A DNA stretch of 64,000 nt from an uncultured Poribacteria bacterium (GCA_958296135.2 CATQHZ020000001.1:608001-672000), one strand, 5' to 3'; counted from the stretch's first letter, positions 28,461 to 38,675 are shown. Notes: generated by a model not told the origin, from the letters alone. Made by a program: numbers and translations.

Positions 28461-28898
28461 ATGATAGCAGAAAAGAGAAGTTACCAAATTATCCAAGGGT
28501 TCATCAGTCTCGGTTTAGGCGGGCTCAGCATCGTCTTATCAATGACGCTTCAGCGTTCTGGACATCGTCCGGAGATGCTGTCGCTGTTTTTTGTTATCGG
28601 TGTGACGATGATTCTCACCGGCGATTATCTCATTAACTTGTTCAGAATGCCGGTAGCACCGGAGAAACAGGAGATTGCGAGCGATGTCGGTTTCATCGCT
28701 TACGGCGCGTTTTATATCGTTGTTGCTATGTCGCGTCTCCTGCAGTTCAACTTCATTCACCTGACTTTGCCGTCCTTTCTTCAGCCAATCTGGATTCGGC
28801 GCGGCGTTGCCGGTGTTGGGATTATCCTGATTGCCGGTGGCATTCAGGGGCTCTGGACGTTGTGGCAGCAAATGCAGCAAGCCGAGCTGTCCGAATAG
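28461..28898 (+). CDS. Hypothetical 4-TM membrane protein
   Basis: Four hydrophobic segments; RBS AAGGA. Confidence 0.65.
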   Translation: MIAEKRSYQIIQGFISLGLGGLSIVLSMTLQRSGHRPEMLSLFFVIGVTMILTGDYLINLFRMPVAPEKQEIASDVGFIAYGAFYIVVAMSRLLQFNFIHLTLPSFLQPIWIRRGVAGVGIILIAGGIQGLWTLWQQMQQAELSE

Positions 28899-28994
28899 GG
28901 TAACGGGCGGCGAGAGACATCCGCCCGTTACGGCGATAAGAAAGCCGGCGTGCATGGGTTACGCCTTAAATCTATCGCAATCGTCGCGCCTACA

Positions 28995-29300
28995 CTACCG
29001 CGCGATAATCACGGCATACCGGAGCGGCGTTTCACCTACATTCCGAATCCCGTGCAAGACGCGGCAATCAACATGGATGGCTTGGTTGTCGGTGAGGCGG
29101 TGTGTCTGTTCGCCGAAAAGCACCTCACCTTCGCCGGAGAAGACGTAGAAAATCTCCTGTCCATCGTGTTGATGCGGCGGATGCGCTCGCGTGCCAGTTC
29201 CCACCTCGGAGATGTGGAGATGCAGTTGTTCCGCATCCGCACCTTCCTCAAAGATAAACCTATCGATGCCTTTGATATCGGTTCTTACTGTTTCAGTCAT
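28995..29300 (-). CDS. Cupin domain protein
   Basis: HPPHQH...EIFYVFSGEG and HGIRN. Confidence 0.85.
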   Translation of the reverse strand: MTETVRTDIKGIDRFIFEEGADAEQLHLHISEVGTGTRAHPPHQHDGQEIFYVFSGEGEVLFGEQTHRLTDNQAIHVDCRVLHGIRNVGETPLRYAVIIAR

Positions 29301-29449
29301 GGAAAGTTCCTCCCTAGTTTTTTTTCGGTTAATTTAGCATCTATCTCGGAATTTGTCAATTTATCGGCCTTGGGTAGAAGTGAGGCATCGCGGGGGACAG
29401 TGGACATCTCTGCAGCGAGGCGGCAGAGATGACAAAGTTAAAGTAAGTT

Positions 29450-29639
29450 GGCAAGCACTGGGTTCATCCACCAGACTGGCGAAGATAACAGCGCGGCATG
29501 CAGCGAGCGGGCGGCGCGCCCACCACTTGTGCAATGTGGAAGGATGTCCATGCGTGAGCGATGCATCCTTTGCGGCTTCTCGGTTGATTGCCTCTAACGG
29601 CAGGCTTACTTCTATGAGTTTGTTTCGGTATGTGGACAT
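29450..29639 (-). pseudogene. N-terminal fragment of a DUF1156 adenine methyltransferase
   Basis: [18 protein letters not shown]...[32 protein letters not shown], then the frame runs into a palindromic repeat. Confidence 0.8.
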
Positions 29640-29982
29640 GTGTTTCTCGCTATCTTGAGCTGCGTCAACCTTTTATTTTAATGATACTACATTTGCGCGT
29701 GGATGTCAAAGCCAATTATTGGATATGGCAATCTGCCCTGATACGCCACGGAAAACACTATAGTTCGCCGGAACGCTAATAACCTTAAGGTGCCCTGAGC
29801 CGACGGGGCTGCCATGTCATCTAATCTGGTCTGTTTGGGTTCGCCCGAGCCCGAACTATAGACAGAGACAACTAAAAGCCTCTGGGGATTCAGACAATTG
29901 CGGTTGACTAAAAACCTATAATTTGCTATAAATAGCATACCATTTACTCGGTAATTCAATTTCAAAATTTAAGGGGGCTTTC

Positions 29983-30630
29983 ATGAATACAAAGAATCTT
30001 GTGGCTGAGTTTATCGGCACGTTCGCGCTCATCTTTATTGGGGCAGGCGCGCTGGCGATAACAGAAGCAAACTTAGTGGGCGTTGCACTCGCCCACGGCC
30101 TCGTCATTGTCACGTTCGCGTATGCTTACGGGCACATTTCCGGCACGCACATTAACCCTGCCGTGACGCTTGCGCTCCTCATCGCGGGAGAAATCCAAAT
30201 CGCCGCCGCTGTGGGGTATTGGATTGTGCAGTTTCTTGGCGGGATTTTGGGCGCGGTGGTGCTCAAAGCGGTGCTGCCCGAAGCGGGCGACCTCGGCGTG
30301 ACGATTTTAGGGAGCGGCGTGACACAGACGCAAGGGCTCATCGTGGAGCTCGTACTCACTTTCTTCCTCGTCAATACGATTTTCAATACGGCGGTGAGCG
30401 GCAAGGCGGGGAACTTCGCGGGACTCGCGATTGGACTGACGTTAGTGCTGGCCATTCTCATGGGCGGACCGCTGACGCGCGCGTCACTCAATCCTGCACG
30501 GACGTTGGGACCAGCCATCGTCAGCGGGAATTTCGCTGATATTTGGCTCTATTTTGTCGGGCCGGCGGTTGGGGCGGTGCTTGCCGCGCTGCTCTATGTC
30601 GGTGTCTTGAAGGATAAAGATTCGGCGTGA
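29983..30630 (+). CDS. Aquaporin (MIP family)
   Basis: AEFIGTF and two NPA boxes (HINPAVT, SLNPART). Confidence 0.95.
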   Translation: MNTKNLVAEFIGTFALIFIGAGALAITEANLVGVALAHGLVIVTFAYAYGHISGTHINPAVTLALLIAGEIQIAAAVGYWIVQFLGGILGAVVLKAVLPEAGDLGVTILGSGVTQTQGLIVELVLTFFLVNTIFNTAVSGKAGNFAGLAIGLTLVLAILMGGPLTRASLNPARTLGPAIVSGNFADIWLYFVGPAVGAVLAALLYVGVLKDKDSA

Positions 30631-30639
30631 GTTTAACCT

Positions 30640-30985
30640 CTTCCGGTAGGCGGGACATCCTTGTCCCGATACTTCCGGTAGGCGGGACATCCTTGTCCCG
30701 ATACTTCCGGTAGGAGGGACATCCCGGTCCCGATACTTCTGGTAGGAGGAATAGCCTTCACCCGATACTGCACACATCGAGACCAGGAGGTCTCTCCTAC
30801 TGCAAGAGAAGAAGGCGAGATCTGCACACATCGAGACGCAGGAGGGCTCTCCTACTGCAAGAGAAAAAGGCGAGATCTGCACACATCGAGACCAGGAGGT
30901 CTCTCCTACTGCAAGAGAAGAAGGCGAGATCTGCACACATCGAGACGCAGGAGGGCTCTCCTACTGCAAGAGAAGAAGGCGAGAC
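30640..30985. repeat. Tandem REP-like arrays (32-bp units x3-4; 54/55-bp units x4)
   Basis: CTTCCGGTAGGCGGGACATCCTTGTCCCGATA units; CTGCACACATCGAGAC...CCTACTGCAAGAGAAGAAGGCGAGA starting at 30768, 30822, 30877 and 30931. Confidence 0.9.
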
Positions 30986-31018
30986 CACGGGGGCACTCGC
31001 CTTCTTCTGTGCGCGAGG

Positions 31019-31471
31019 TTATGCATTCACCTCGATTGGGATTTCCTTGGGTTTCACCTCTTCCGCTTTCGGCACGGTGAGCGTCAAGACACCATCGCGG
31101 TAGGTTGCGGTGATGGCATCGGCATCGACGTTCGGCGGGAGCGTGAAAGCCCGCTGGAAGCTGCCGTAGTGGCGTTCGACCCGGCGGTAGTTTTTCCCGT
31201 CGTCCGTCTGTTCCTGCCGTTTTTCGCCTCGGAGGGTGAGGACGTTGTCTCGGACAGAGACGTTGACATCGTCCTGCGTGAGTCCGGGCAGTTCGGCGCG
31301 GACTTCAAAGGTGTCGTCCGTTTCGGAAATATCGACGGCGGGGTTCCAGGTGTCTGCTTTCGCTTCCGTTTGCGCGTTCGGCTCGGCGAACAGGTTGTGG
31401 AAGAATTGCCCCATCTCGTTCTGAAGATTGAACAGGCTTCCTGCCGGTCTGCGTAAGGTTACGTAATTCAT
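31019..31471 (-). CDS. Small heat-shock protein Hsp20
   Basis: PAVDISET, AELPG, ERHYGSFQRAFTLP, ATYRDGVLTLTVPK. Confidence 0.95.
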   Translation of the reverse strand: MNYVTLRRPAGSLFNLQNEMGQFFHNLFAEPNAQTEAKADTWNPAVDISETDDTFEVRAELPGLTQDDVNVSVRDNVLTLRGEKRQEQTDDGKNYRRVERHYGSFQRAFTLPPNVDADAITATYRDGVLTLTVPKAEEVKPKEIPIEVNA

Positions 31472-31547
31472 TTTCATTCTCCTTTTTGTTTTAGTGTTGA
31501 CATTATCGTTGCAAATGCCAAACTTTGTTTTGTCTATAACGTTTTTA

Positions 31548-31603
31548 GCAATTTCTATGCCAAAAGTTGGCACGCTGCAAAAGATATAGCAAATTGCGTG
31601 CCA
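31548..31603 (-). promoter_or_regulatory. Two tandem sigma-54 promoters upstream of Hsp20
   Basis: Minus strand TGGCATAgaaaTTGC (31548-31562) and TGGCACGcaatTTGC (31589-31603). Confidence 0.75.
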
Positions 31604-31679
31604 AATGCAGCCGAGATAACTTGGGGCCCTGGATGGGGACGCGCTGATGGCTCGGGCGGTTTTCGCTCAACCGAAAGAC

Positions 31680-32220
31680 CGCGAGGGACAGGTTTTCCCT
31701 CGCACTACGGTTAAAAGGGCCCTTCAGTGAAAAGCCCTTAGTCCGTAGGGCGCGGTCCTGTGCCGCGCCGTGCTTCGGTCTATCAAGGGGCTTCGCGAGG
31801 GACAGTGGACATCTCTGCAGCGAGGCTGCAGAGATGACAACGTTTCGGCGTGACGGCCCTCGCGCTACGGTTAAAAGGGCCCTTCAGTGAAAAGCCCTTA
31901 GTCCGTAGGGCGCGGTCCTGTGCCGCGCCGTGCTTCGGTCTATCAAGGGGCTTCGCGAGGGGCAGTGGACATCTCTGCAGCGAGGCTGCAGAGATGACAA
32001 CGTTTCGGCGTGACGGCCCTCGCGCTATGGTTAAAAGGGCCCTTCAGTGAAAAGCCCTTAGTCCGTAGGGCGCGGTCCTGTGCCGCGCCGTGCTTCGGTC
32101 TATCAAGGGGCTTCGCGAGGGGAACCCTCGGCGATTCGCGCTCGCCGGATTTTCCCTCGCGCTACGGGGGCCAGGGGCAGACCGCGAGGGACAGGTTTTC
32201 CCTCGCGCTACAGGGGCCAG
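31680..32220. repeat. 160-bp tandem repeat (about 3 units) of composite palindromic elements
   Basis: AAAGCCCTTA at 31731, 31891 and 32051; contains the hairpin CATCTCTGCAGC-GAG-GCTGCAGAGATG, also found at 29405 (variant), 38283 and 51535. Confidence 0.92.
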
Positions 32221-32310
32221 GGCAGTCACCGTTTTGCCAAATTGACATGAGCGTGCCACTTTGGAGCGGCGGCGGTGTCAAAAAGGCACGCCAGAAAATG
32301 GCGGTGCGCG

Positions 32311-32967
32311 TCACACGTGTGCCGCGCGACTTTCACTAACACGCGCGCGGATGCCCGCAGCGAGCATCTGCAATGCGACTGAATTTTCATCATGAAACGG
32401 GATAACCAGGTCAGCATATTGTTTACACGGTTCGGTATAAACCGGGAAGTTGGGGAGCACATCTCGTCGATACCAATTGATAGCCCATTCCAGATCGCCG
32501 CCGCGTTGCACCACGTCGCGGAGCATCCGACGCAGGACTCGTTCGTGCGCGTCTACGTCAAGGAATACCTTGATATCCATCAACTTGCGCAATGCCGCGC
32601 TCCAAAAGATGAGGTGTCCCTCCACAATGACGACATCGCTTGGTTGGACGTATGAAGGTGCATCGCTGCGCTGCGCCGCCCGCGTGCCGGGGATAGGCAC
32701 TGCAATTGCTTCGCGCCTGCGGAGTTTCGCGATGTCTTCAGTGAGCGCGTCCCAAAGCACGGCATCGGGGTGATTGGCGGTAATGACCTTTTCCCGTTCT
32801 TCTGGGGAGTATTCTGCCCAATCCCGAAAATAGGCATCTTGATTGAGGACGATGGGTGCGCAATCCGCCAGTTGTTCGGCTAACAAGGTCGCGAAGGTTG
32901 TTTTCCCGGAGGCGGAGCCGCCCATGATGCCGAGGGTGATGGGGGTGAAATGCTGTTGTGTTTTCAT
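32311..32967 (-). CDS. udk: Uridine kinase family protein
   Basis: GIMGGSASGKTT, QDAYF, NHPDA, VVIVEG, RRMLRD, EPCKQYADLVIP. Confidence 0.8.
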   Translation of the reverse strand: MKTQQHFTPITLGIMGGSASGKTTFATLLAEQLADCAPIVLNQDAYFRDWAEYSPEEREKVITANHPDAVLWDALTEDIAKLRRREAIAVPIPGTRAAQRSDAPSYVQPSDVVIVEGHLIFWSAALRKLMDIKVFLDVDAHERVLRRMLRDVVQRGGDLEWAINWYRRDVLPNFPVYTEPCKQYADLVIPFHDENSVALQMLAAGIRARVSESRAAHV

Positions 32968-33058
32968 GGGGGTATCCTAGCAGCATTGGAGATGTAAAGC
33001 AAGCAGCAGAATGTCTTTTTCACCATCGATCGCGAGGGAAGCGGCGTTTTGCTTTTTC

Positions 33059-33088
33059 TTGACATCGGTTTTGAAAATCCGTTATACT
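33059..33088 (+). promoter_or_regulatory. Sigma-70-type promoter
   Basis: TTGACA-N18-TATACT upstream of the LamG gene. Confidence 0.6.
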
Positions 33089-33120
33089 ATATCCATATTT
33101 GACACAAGAAGGAGAAAAAT

Positions 33121-33882
33121 ATGATGAAAAAATCGTTTGTCTATCTTTTCATTGCGCAACTGATGATACTCACGCCGTTCGCCCTGGCCGATTTCACGGA
33201 GGGCCTCGTCCTGCATCATACGTATGATGAAGGCAGCGGCACACTCGCTGGCGACTCAAGCGGCAACGGGCACGATGGCGAAGTTTCCAATCCCGACTGG
33301 GTTGATGGAAAATTCGGGAAGGCGCTGCAATTTGGCGGTGAAGGAAGCGATGTGTTCGTTACTGTCGAGAGCACGTCGCTCCTCAACGTCAACGAATGCA
33401 CGTTCATGGCGTGGATTAACGCCGAGCATTGGGATGGCACCCGCCAGCTCGTCGGCAAATCTGTCCACGGCGGATGCACTGGCAGAACGCAATACGGTTT
33501 ATTTAGCGAAGGCGGTGTCTTCAAACTCCGCTTTGAAACCGAGGGCGGCAGAGCCGATATCACCACGGATCTGCCTGCAACCGGCGAATGGGTGCACGTT
33601 GCCTTCACCAACGATGGCGAAACTGCTACGATTTATATCAACGGCGAGGCGGTGGTTGATGGCGAAGTGCCGGGGCCGCTCAATGCCAACGATGACCCGT
33701 GGCGCGTTGGGCAGGATTGTGAACGCGAAAACTACGTCTTCGCTGGCATCATTGACGAAGTTCGCCTTTGGAACCGTGCGTTGTCTGCTGAAGACATCGC
33801 TGATTTACAAGGCCTGCTGACTGATGTTGAGGCGCGCGGAAAGTTAGCCACGACGTGGGGCAATCTCAAAGTGAGTCGTTAG
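33121..33882 (+). CDS. Secreted LamG-like jellyroll protein
   Basis: Signal peptide, DGKFGKALQF, WVHVAFTNDG, GIIDEVRLWNRALS; tail DVEARGKLATTWGNLKVSR. Confidence 0.88.
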   Translation: MMKKSFVYLFIAQLMILTPFALADFTEGLVLHHTYDEGSGTLAGDSSGNGHDGEVSNPDWVDGKFGKALQFGGEGSDVFVTVESTSLLNVNECTFMAWINAEHWDGTRQLVGKSVHGGCTGRTQYGLFSEGGVFKLRFETEGGRADITTDLPATGEWVHVAFTNDGETATIYINGEAVVDGEVPGPLNANDDPWRVGQDCERENYVFAGIIDEVRLWNRALSAEDIADLQGLLTDVEARGKLATTWGNLKVSR

Positions 33883-33981
33883 CGTATTGGATAAAGGCGA
33901 AAACAGACCCGGGAGTCTCGGTTTGAAACCGCGGCCCCAACAACGGGCGCGCTTACAACGCGCGCCTACCTATAGGCTCGG

Positions 33982-35916
33982 ATGTCCATATCCGCCCGCA
34001 ACCCTTCCATCAACAACATGTTTTGGGAACAAATCGCCACACACTACCGCGCAGGTTCTGCGCACCAATTTTTACTTCACTTCAACGTGCAGGACCTGCT
34101 TTATGACGACGTTTACGGCTATTTGCCGGCGATGCCCTACCTCATGGAGCAGCTCAACGTTTTGGGGTGCGCTCTGGTTATCGGGTATAACACCGCGCAG
34201 GGCATTATTTTTCCAAACGTTCGGCAGTGGCACCAAACGCAGCAGATGCTTGAAGTTGTCCCGCCGTATGAAAAGACAGGCGTTTTCCATTTTCAAAGTC
34301 TGGCGACATGGCTGCAGGGTTTCCGCGGTTTGCAGGGGGCGGGTGATGACGAAGTTCCTCCTGATGTCGCGCGGCGAAGGATTAATGCCGGTTTAGCCAT
34401 CGGGAAACTGCACGAAGACCCGGTTGCCAGTATAGAGCCCTCCCCTTCGGAGGAGCTGCAAATCAAATTGAGCGAGCTCCTGCGGCAAGACAGCGTGAAA
34501 GTTGGGCTGGTTATCAATTTTCTGGAGGAGTTCGCGCCGAATCATCCGTCGCTCAGTAGCGGTGCGAACGATGCTCGGCAGCGGTTCTTCAACCTCCTCC
34601 ACCATTGGGCATCGGATTTGGACATCCGCCGCCGCAAGCACATTATCCTATTGGTTACACAGAACACGTTTGACATTCATCCAAGTCTCACCGTGAATCC
34701 CGAAATTCCTGTGGTGGAGATGCCGTTTCCGGATTATGCGCAGCGGTTGCAGTTTATTGAACATCTGCACGCCATCCACATTACCGAGCCGATTCGCAAG
34801 TACAGTCTCGGCAATGCGCGTGCGCGCGAAGAATTGGCACGCGAAACCGCTGGGTTGAATCTGTTTGGCATCCACGATATTGTGCGCCAAGCCGCCTTGG
34901 CGCGCCAGGAAGCAAGGGGCGAACTGCTCCAAAACTATCGGCAGCAGAGCGTCAAAACTTTCAGTCACGGCGTTTTAGAGGTGAGCGAACCTCGCGAAGT
35001 TGCGCGAATGCAAGGGCCGAGTCATGTTAACCGCGCTATCCAAGAGATTGCCGATGGCTTGAAAGCGGGCGATTGGCGGCGAATTCCGCGCGGCATGCTG
35101 CTCCTCGGCCCTGCTGGGACAGGCAAGGTGTTTATCGCGAAACTGCTTGCCGGCAAGGCAGAAACGGCGTTCGTCCAACTGCGCTATGCGAGTCAAGTCG
35201 GCGAAGTCGCTATAAGCGTCAACGGGCACGAGGGCAGTTATGAACGAAATCTGAACGCTGCGCTCAGTTTCATCCGTGGCATCGCGCCGGTCGTTGTCTT
35301 TATTGACGAGATTGAGCAGGCATCGCCGCGCGCCAGCATGCAACCGGAGCATTGGGAGCGCGGCTTGCCGGTGAGCCTTGTGAATGCGATTAGCGATACG
35401 TCGTTGCGCGGCAAGGTAATCTGGGTAGGTGCGACAGATCGTCCGGATTTGATGCCGGCCATTTTCCGGCGCGTGGGGATTTTCGATCACAAGCTCATCT
35501 TGCTGCCGCCGACACCTTTTGAGCGGGCGGCAACCATGGAGATTTTTTGTGCGCCGCGCACGCAGGAGAGCATCGATTATCAAGCAATCGTGGGCGATGC
35601 ACGGACAGATGGTGTTACGGCTCGCGATCTGTGGTTAATTATGCAGCGTGCGCGGAACATCGCGTTGCGCGACCGTCGCGAACAGTTAACCGAAGCCGAC
35701 CTGCGCGAGGCAGTCGACGATTTCGTACCAGATTATTCGCCGGAGATGCAGCAATTTATGGGATTATTAGCGATGCGCGAGGCAAATTCGCGTGCGATGC
35801 TGCCGGATGCCTTACTGCCGGTATACCAAGAGTTCGTAGAAGGCACCCGGATTGATAAGACGAAGATTAATAGGCGGTTGTTGGAGTTGAGTGGGGTGCT
35901 TGGGTTGCAGGTTTGA
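33982..35916 (+). CDS. AAA+ ATPase with a long N-terminal region
   Basis: Walker A GPAGTGKV, Walker B VVFIDEIE, ATDRPDLMPAIFRR. Confidence 0.8.
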   Translation: MSISARNPSINNMFWEQIATHYRAGSAHQFLLHFNVQDLLYDDVYGYLPAMPYLMEQLNVLGCALVIGYNTAQGIIFPNVRQWHQTQQMLEVVPPYEKTGVFHFQSLATWLQGFRGLQGAGDDEVPPDVARRRINAGLAIGKLHEDPVASIEPSPSEELQIKLSELLRQDSVKVGLVINFLEEFAPNHPSLSSGANDARQRFFNLLHHWASDLDIRRRKHIILLVTQNTFDIHPSLTVNPEIPVVEMPFPDYAQRLQFIEHLHAIHITEPIRKYSLGNARAREELARETAGLNLFGIHDIVRQAALARQEARGELLQNYRQQSVKTFSHGVLEVSEPREVARMQGPSHVNRAIQEIADGLKAGDWRRIPRGMLLLGPAGTGKVFIAKLLAGKAETAFVQLRYASQVGEVAISVNGHEGSYERNLNAALSFIRGIAPVVVFIDEIEQASPRASMQPEHWERGLPVSLVNAISDTSLRGKVIWVGATDRPDLMPAIFRRVGIFDHKLILLPPTPFERAATMEIFCAPRTQESIDYQAIVGDARTDGVTARDLWLIMQRARNIALRDRREQLTEADLREAVDDFVPDYSPEMQQFMGLLAMREANSRAMLPDALLPVYQEFVEGTRIDKTKINRRLLELSGVLGLQV

Positions 35917-36002
35917 TGGGTTTTGGAGACAAAATGTCCACTCTCAGAGATACCGGCAGAGCTGGGAGCTGGTGAGGGACAGAGCCCTCGCCATTACGCG
36001 GA

Positions 36003-36422
36003 TTATCTGACGATAGCGAACCCGATATTATCGATGCCCGCTCGCATGGCAATATCCATCACCCGCACAACCTGCTCGTGGAACACGTCGCGTTCGGCCA
36101 TGATAGTCAGCCTGATTTTGGAAGCCTCCGGCGCGTTGAGGAGGTGGTTAAACATCTCCCCTGTGCGGACGATTGCTTCGGGGCCGGTACCGCTCATAAG
36201 GATGGTGCCTTCGGTTTCGCCGGGCGCAGGGTTGGCAATCCGGACGACAATAACTTTCTGATCCGGCGGCGGAAAGCACTGCGGCGGCGGAAGTTGGACC
36301 GGCAACCCCGGCACCGGCGCGAAGGTGGTTGATACCATAAAGAAGATCAGGAGCAGGAACACACAATTTATCATCGGTGCCATGCTGAGCGTCGGCAGTT
36401 TGCGTTTCCTCAGGTGTTGCAT
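36003..36422 (-). CDS. ExbD/TolR family biopolymer transport protein
   Basis: MAPMINCVFLLLIFFMVSTTF, VQLP, VVRVMDIA...IGFA. Confidence 0.85.
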   Translation of the reverse strand: MQHLRKRKLPTLSMAPMINCVFLLLIFFMVSTTFAPVPGLPVQLPPPQCFPPPDQKVIVVRIANPAPGETEGTILMSGTGPEAIVRTGEMFNHLLNAPEASKIRLTIMAERDVFHEQVVRVMDIAMRAGIDNIGFAIVR

Positions 36423-36631
36423 TTCAGATGCCTCCTTTGTGTTCTCTGGCGGACGACTCTGGAGGGTTGGCAGCAAGTGCCAGCCCTAGGGCCATCCTGA
36501 CGTTACCTTTTATGAACACCTGAGTCGTTAAGAAGTTACGCGAATTTCTATAGTGCAAAAAACAGCACTCAAACAGCTCAAAGCGGTAGGGGCGGTTTCC
36601 AACCGCGTGTTGCTATTGATAGGAGAAACCA

Positions 36632-38179
36632 ATGTCAAAACCCCGTTTCCTAGCAAACTTCATCGCCATCGTGTGCTGTCTCATCAGCGAAGCGGTTGCA
36701 CAACCGGTGACGGTGAATATCACAACGCCGCGGCGAGGCACAATCGTCACCGAAAAACATTCCATCGGCCATTTACAACCGCAATCAGAAATTAAGGTAT
36801 TTGCCAATATCGCTGGCAAAATCGTGGAACACTATGTGGTGGCAGGAGAAAAAGTGTCGAAAGGCGCGGTGCTCGCACGGAGCACTGCACGCCAAGCTGG
36901 CATCGCCGTGATACAGGCGGAAGCGGCGTTAAGTGCGGCGCGATCAAGACTTACCACTACGGAGGCGAATGCCCAGGCCCGCGTTGAATCGCAACTCGCC
37001 ATCGCCCAAGAATCACGCCTCGCAACGCAGGCGAAATTGGAGGAGACAAAGTTGCTTGCCGAGATGCGCGTCCGGAACCAACTCATCCAAGCGGAATCTG
37101 CCTATAAATCCGCTGCGGCGACGCTCGCACGTTCTGAAGTCAATGCGCGGCAGGCAGTAGAACGCGCGAAGGCGGAACTGGCTCGAGCGGCATTGGACTT
37201 TGAACGCACTAGGGCCCTGCATGAAAAACAGCACATCAGCGACAGCGATTTCGAGGCATCAGAGACGCGGTTCAAACTTGCGCAAAGTCGTCATCGAGAG
37301 GCCCTCGCGACGCTCAATCAGTTTGAGGATGGGACGGCGCAACTCGCCGTGGATAAGGCGAGGGCCGAGTTGGATGTGGCGCGGAAGGTGGTGGAAAGCC
37401 GCGGCTGGGAACGCGAAATCGCCGCCGCTGAATCCAAAGTAACGCAAGCGGAAGCCAACCTCAGCACGGCCCAGAAATTGGTGGAAGCAAAATCGTGGGA
37501 GCACGAGATTGCCATTGCGAGAACCGCTGTGCGTGAGGCGGAAGAACAACTGAAACTCGCGCAGGAGCAAGTTAACAACGCCGCCATCACTTCGCCCATT
37601 GATGGCGTGATTGCCATGCGCCACTTGAATGTCGGTGACTACGCCAGACCGGCGGCGGTGCCGGGTGCGGTGCCGGTGTTTACGGTGGTGTCCCTGGAGA
37701 CTATCAAAGCGGTTTGGCATATGCCAGCGGCAGATGTCCGCAGCGTTGAAATCGGCGATATGGTGCTGATGTCCACCGTAGGCATCCAGAACATCGTCTG
37801 CACAGTTGATTTTATCAGCCCTACCGTTAACCGTGAGGACGACACGGTGCATGTGCATGCAGCCGTTCAGAATTCTGTAGGCGCGCCCTCCCGGTCGCGA
37901 TTCTTGATACCCGGTGCCTCCATCACTGTCTCTGTCAAAATCGGCGAGCGGAAAAATGTCTTATTGTTGCCGCGCCGAGCGGTTTTGCGGATTCAGAACG
38001 GTGCGGGAGAGATTTTCGTCGTTGAGGGGAACGTTGCGCGTCGGCAGCAGGTTAGCGTTGGTGCTGTTTACGGCGGCGAGATTGAGATTACGTCGCGTCT
38101 TGCTCTGAAAACGCAGGTGATTGTGGATGTGCAGCATCGGTTGGCGGATGGCACGGCTGTCGCTATTGCATCCGATTAA
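36632..38179 (+). CDS. Efflux periplasmic adaptor (membrane fusion protein) with a long coiled-coil hairpin
   Basis: GKIVEHYVVAGEKVSKG lipoyl half-motif, ITSPIDGVI, VDFISP. Confidence 0.82.
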   Translation: MSKPRFLANFIAIVCCLISEAVAQPVTVNITTPRRGTIVTEKHSIGHLQPQSEIKVFANIAGKIVEHYVVAGEKVSKGAVLARSTARQAGIAVIQAEAALSAARSRLTTTEANAQARVESQLAIAQESRLATQAKLEETKLLAEMRVRNQLIQAESAYKSAAATLARSEVNARQAVERAKAELARAALDFERTRALHEKQHISDSDFEASETRFKLAQSRHREALATLNQFEDGTAQLAVDKARAELDVARKVVESRGWEREIAAAESKVTQAEANLSTAQKLVEAKSWEHEIAIARTAVREAEEQLKLAQEQVNNAAITSPIDGVIAMRHLNVGDYARPAAVPGAVPVFTVVSLETIKAVWHMPAADVRSVEIGDMVLMSTVGIQNIVCTVDFISPTVNREDDTVHVHAAVQNSVGAPSRSRFLIPGASITVSVKIGERKNVLLLPRRAVLRIQNGAGEIFVVEGNVARRQQVSVGAVYGGEIEITSRLALKTQVIVDVQHRLADGTAVAIASD

Positions 38180-38219
38180 GAGGTGCCTCCGCTGCCCGTA
38201 GGGCGAGGGCCGTCACGGA

Positions 38220-38361
38220 CACGCCTACAGCAAACGTGCGTGTTTTGCCTCGCGAAAGCACGCTACCTTACTTTAACGTTGTCATCTCTGCAGCCTCGCT
38301 GCAGAGATGTCCACTGTCCCTCGCCATGCACCGATCTCCCTCTTTTACCGTAGGGCGAAGG
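38220..38361. repeat. Composite palindromic repeat element
   Basis: Contains the CATCTCTGCAGCCTCGCTGCAGAGATG hairpin; matches 29396-29450 and 51515-51590 in reverse orientation. Confidence 0.8.
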
Positions 38362-38675
38362 ACAGGCTGTCCGGTGGGTTTTTCGGGCTGCTCAAGACAT
38401 GTGAACTTGACACCGATGCCGCCATACCCTCAGAGACTTTTTCTGGGGTAACCCCAGAAGAACTAGAACTGATGGTGAAAACAAGCGGCCTTCAGGGAGG
38501 CGGCGCGTTTTTCTCAGAGTCCAGCCGAGAGCTCTATCGATATAACATTACTATTGCAGATGGAGACTCGGAAGTATCCGTTGCTTATGATGATGTAACG
38601 CTCCCCGCCTCGGCTCACGTGTTAGTGGATTACCTACGGCAACATGCACGTCCGAAGGCGTTAGTCGGTGAGTAA
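38362..38675 (+). pseudogene. Emfourin-like (protealysin inhibitor) gene with its 5' end replaced by repeat DNA
   Basis: SGGFFGL..ELDTD...YRYNITIADG...VAYDDVTLP...LVDYL resembles the family as recalled. The upstream in-frame residues come from the repeat. Confidence 0.55.

Noticed and set aside
30640-30985. CRISPR-like periodic repeats (also 5405-6055 and 31680-32220)
   Set aside because: The sequences between repeats are themselves repeated rather than unique spacers, and no cas genes are present.
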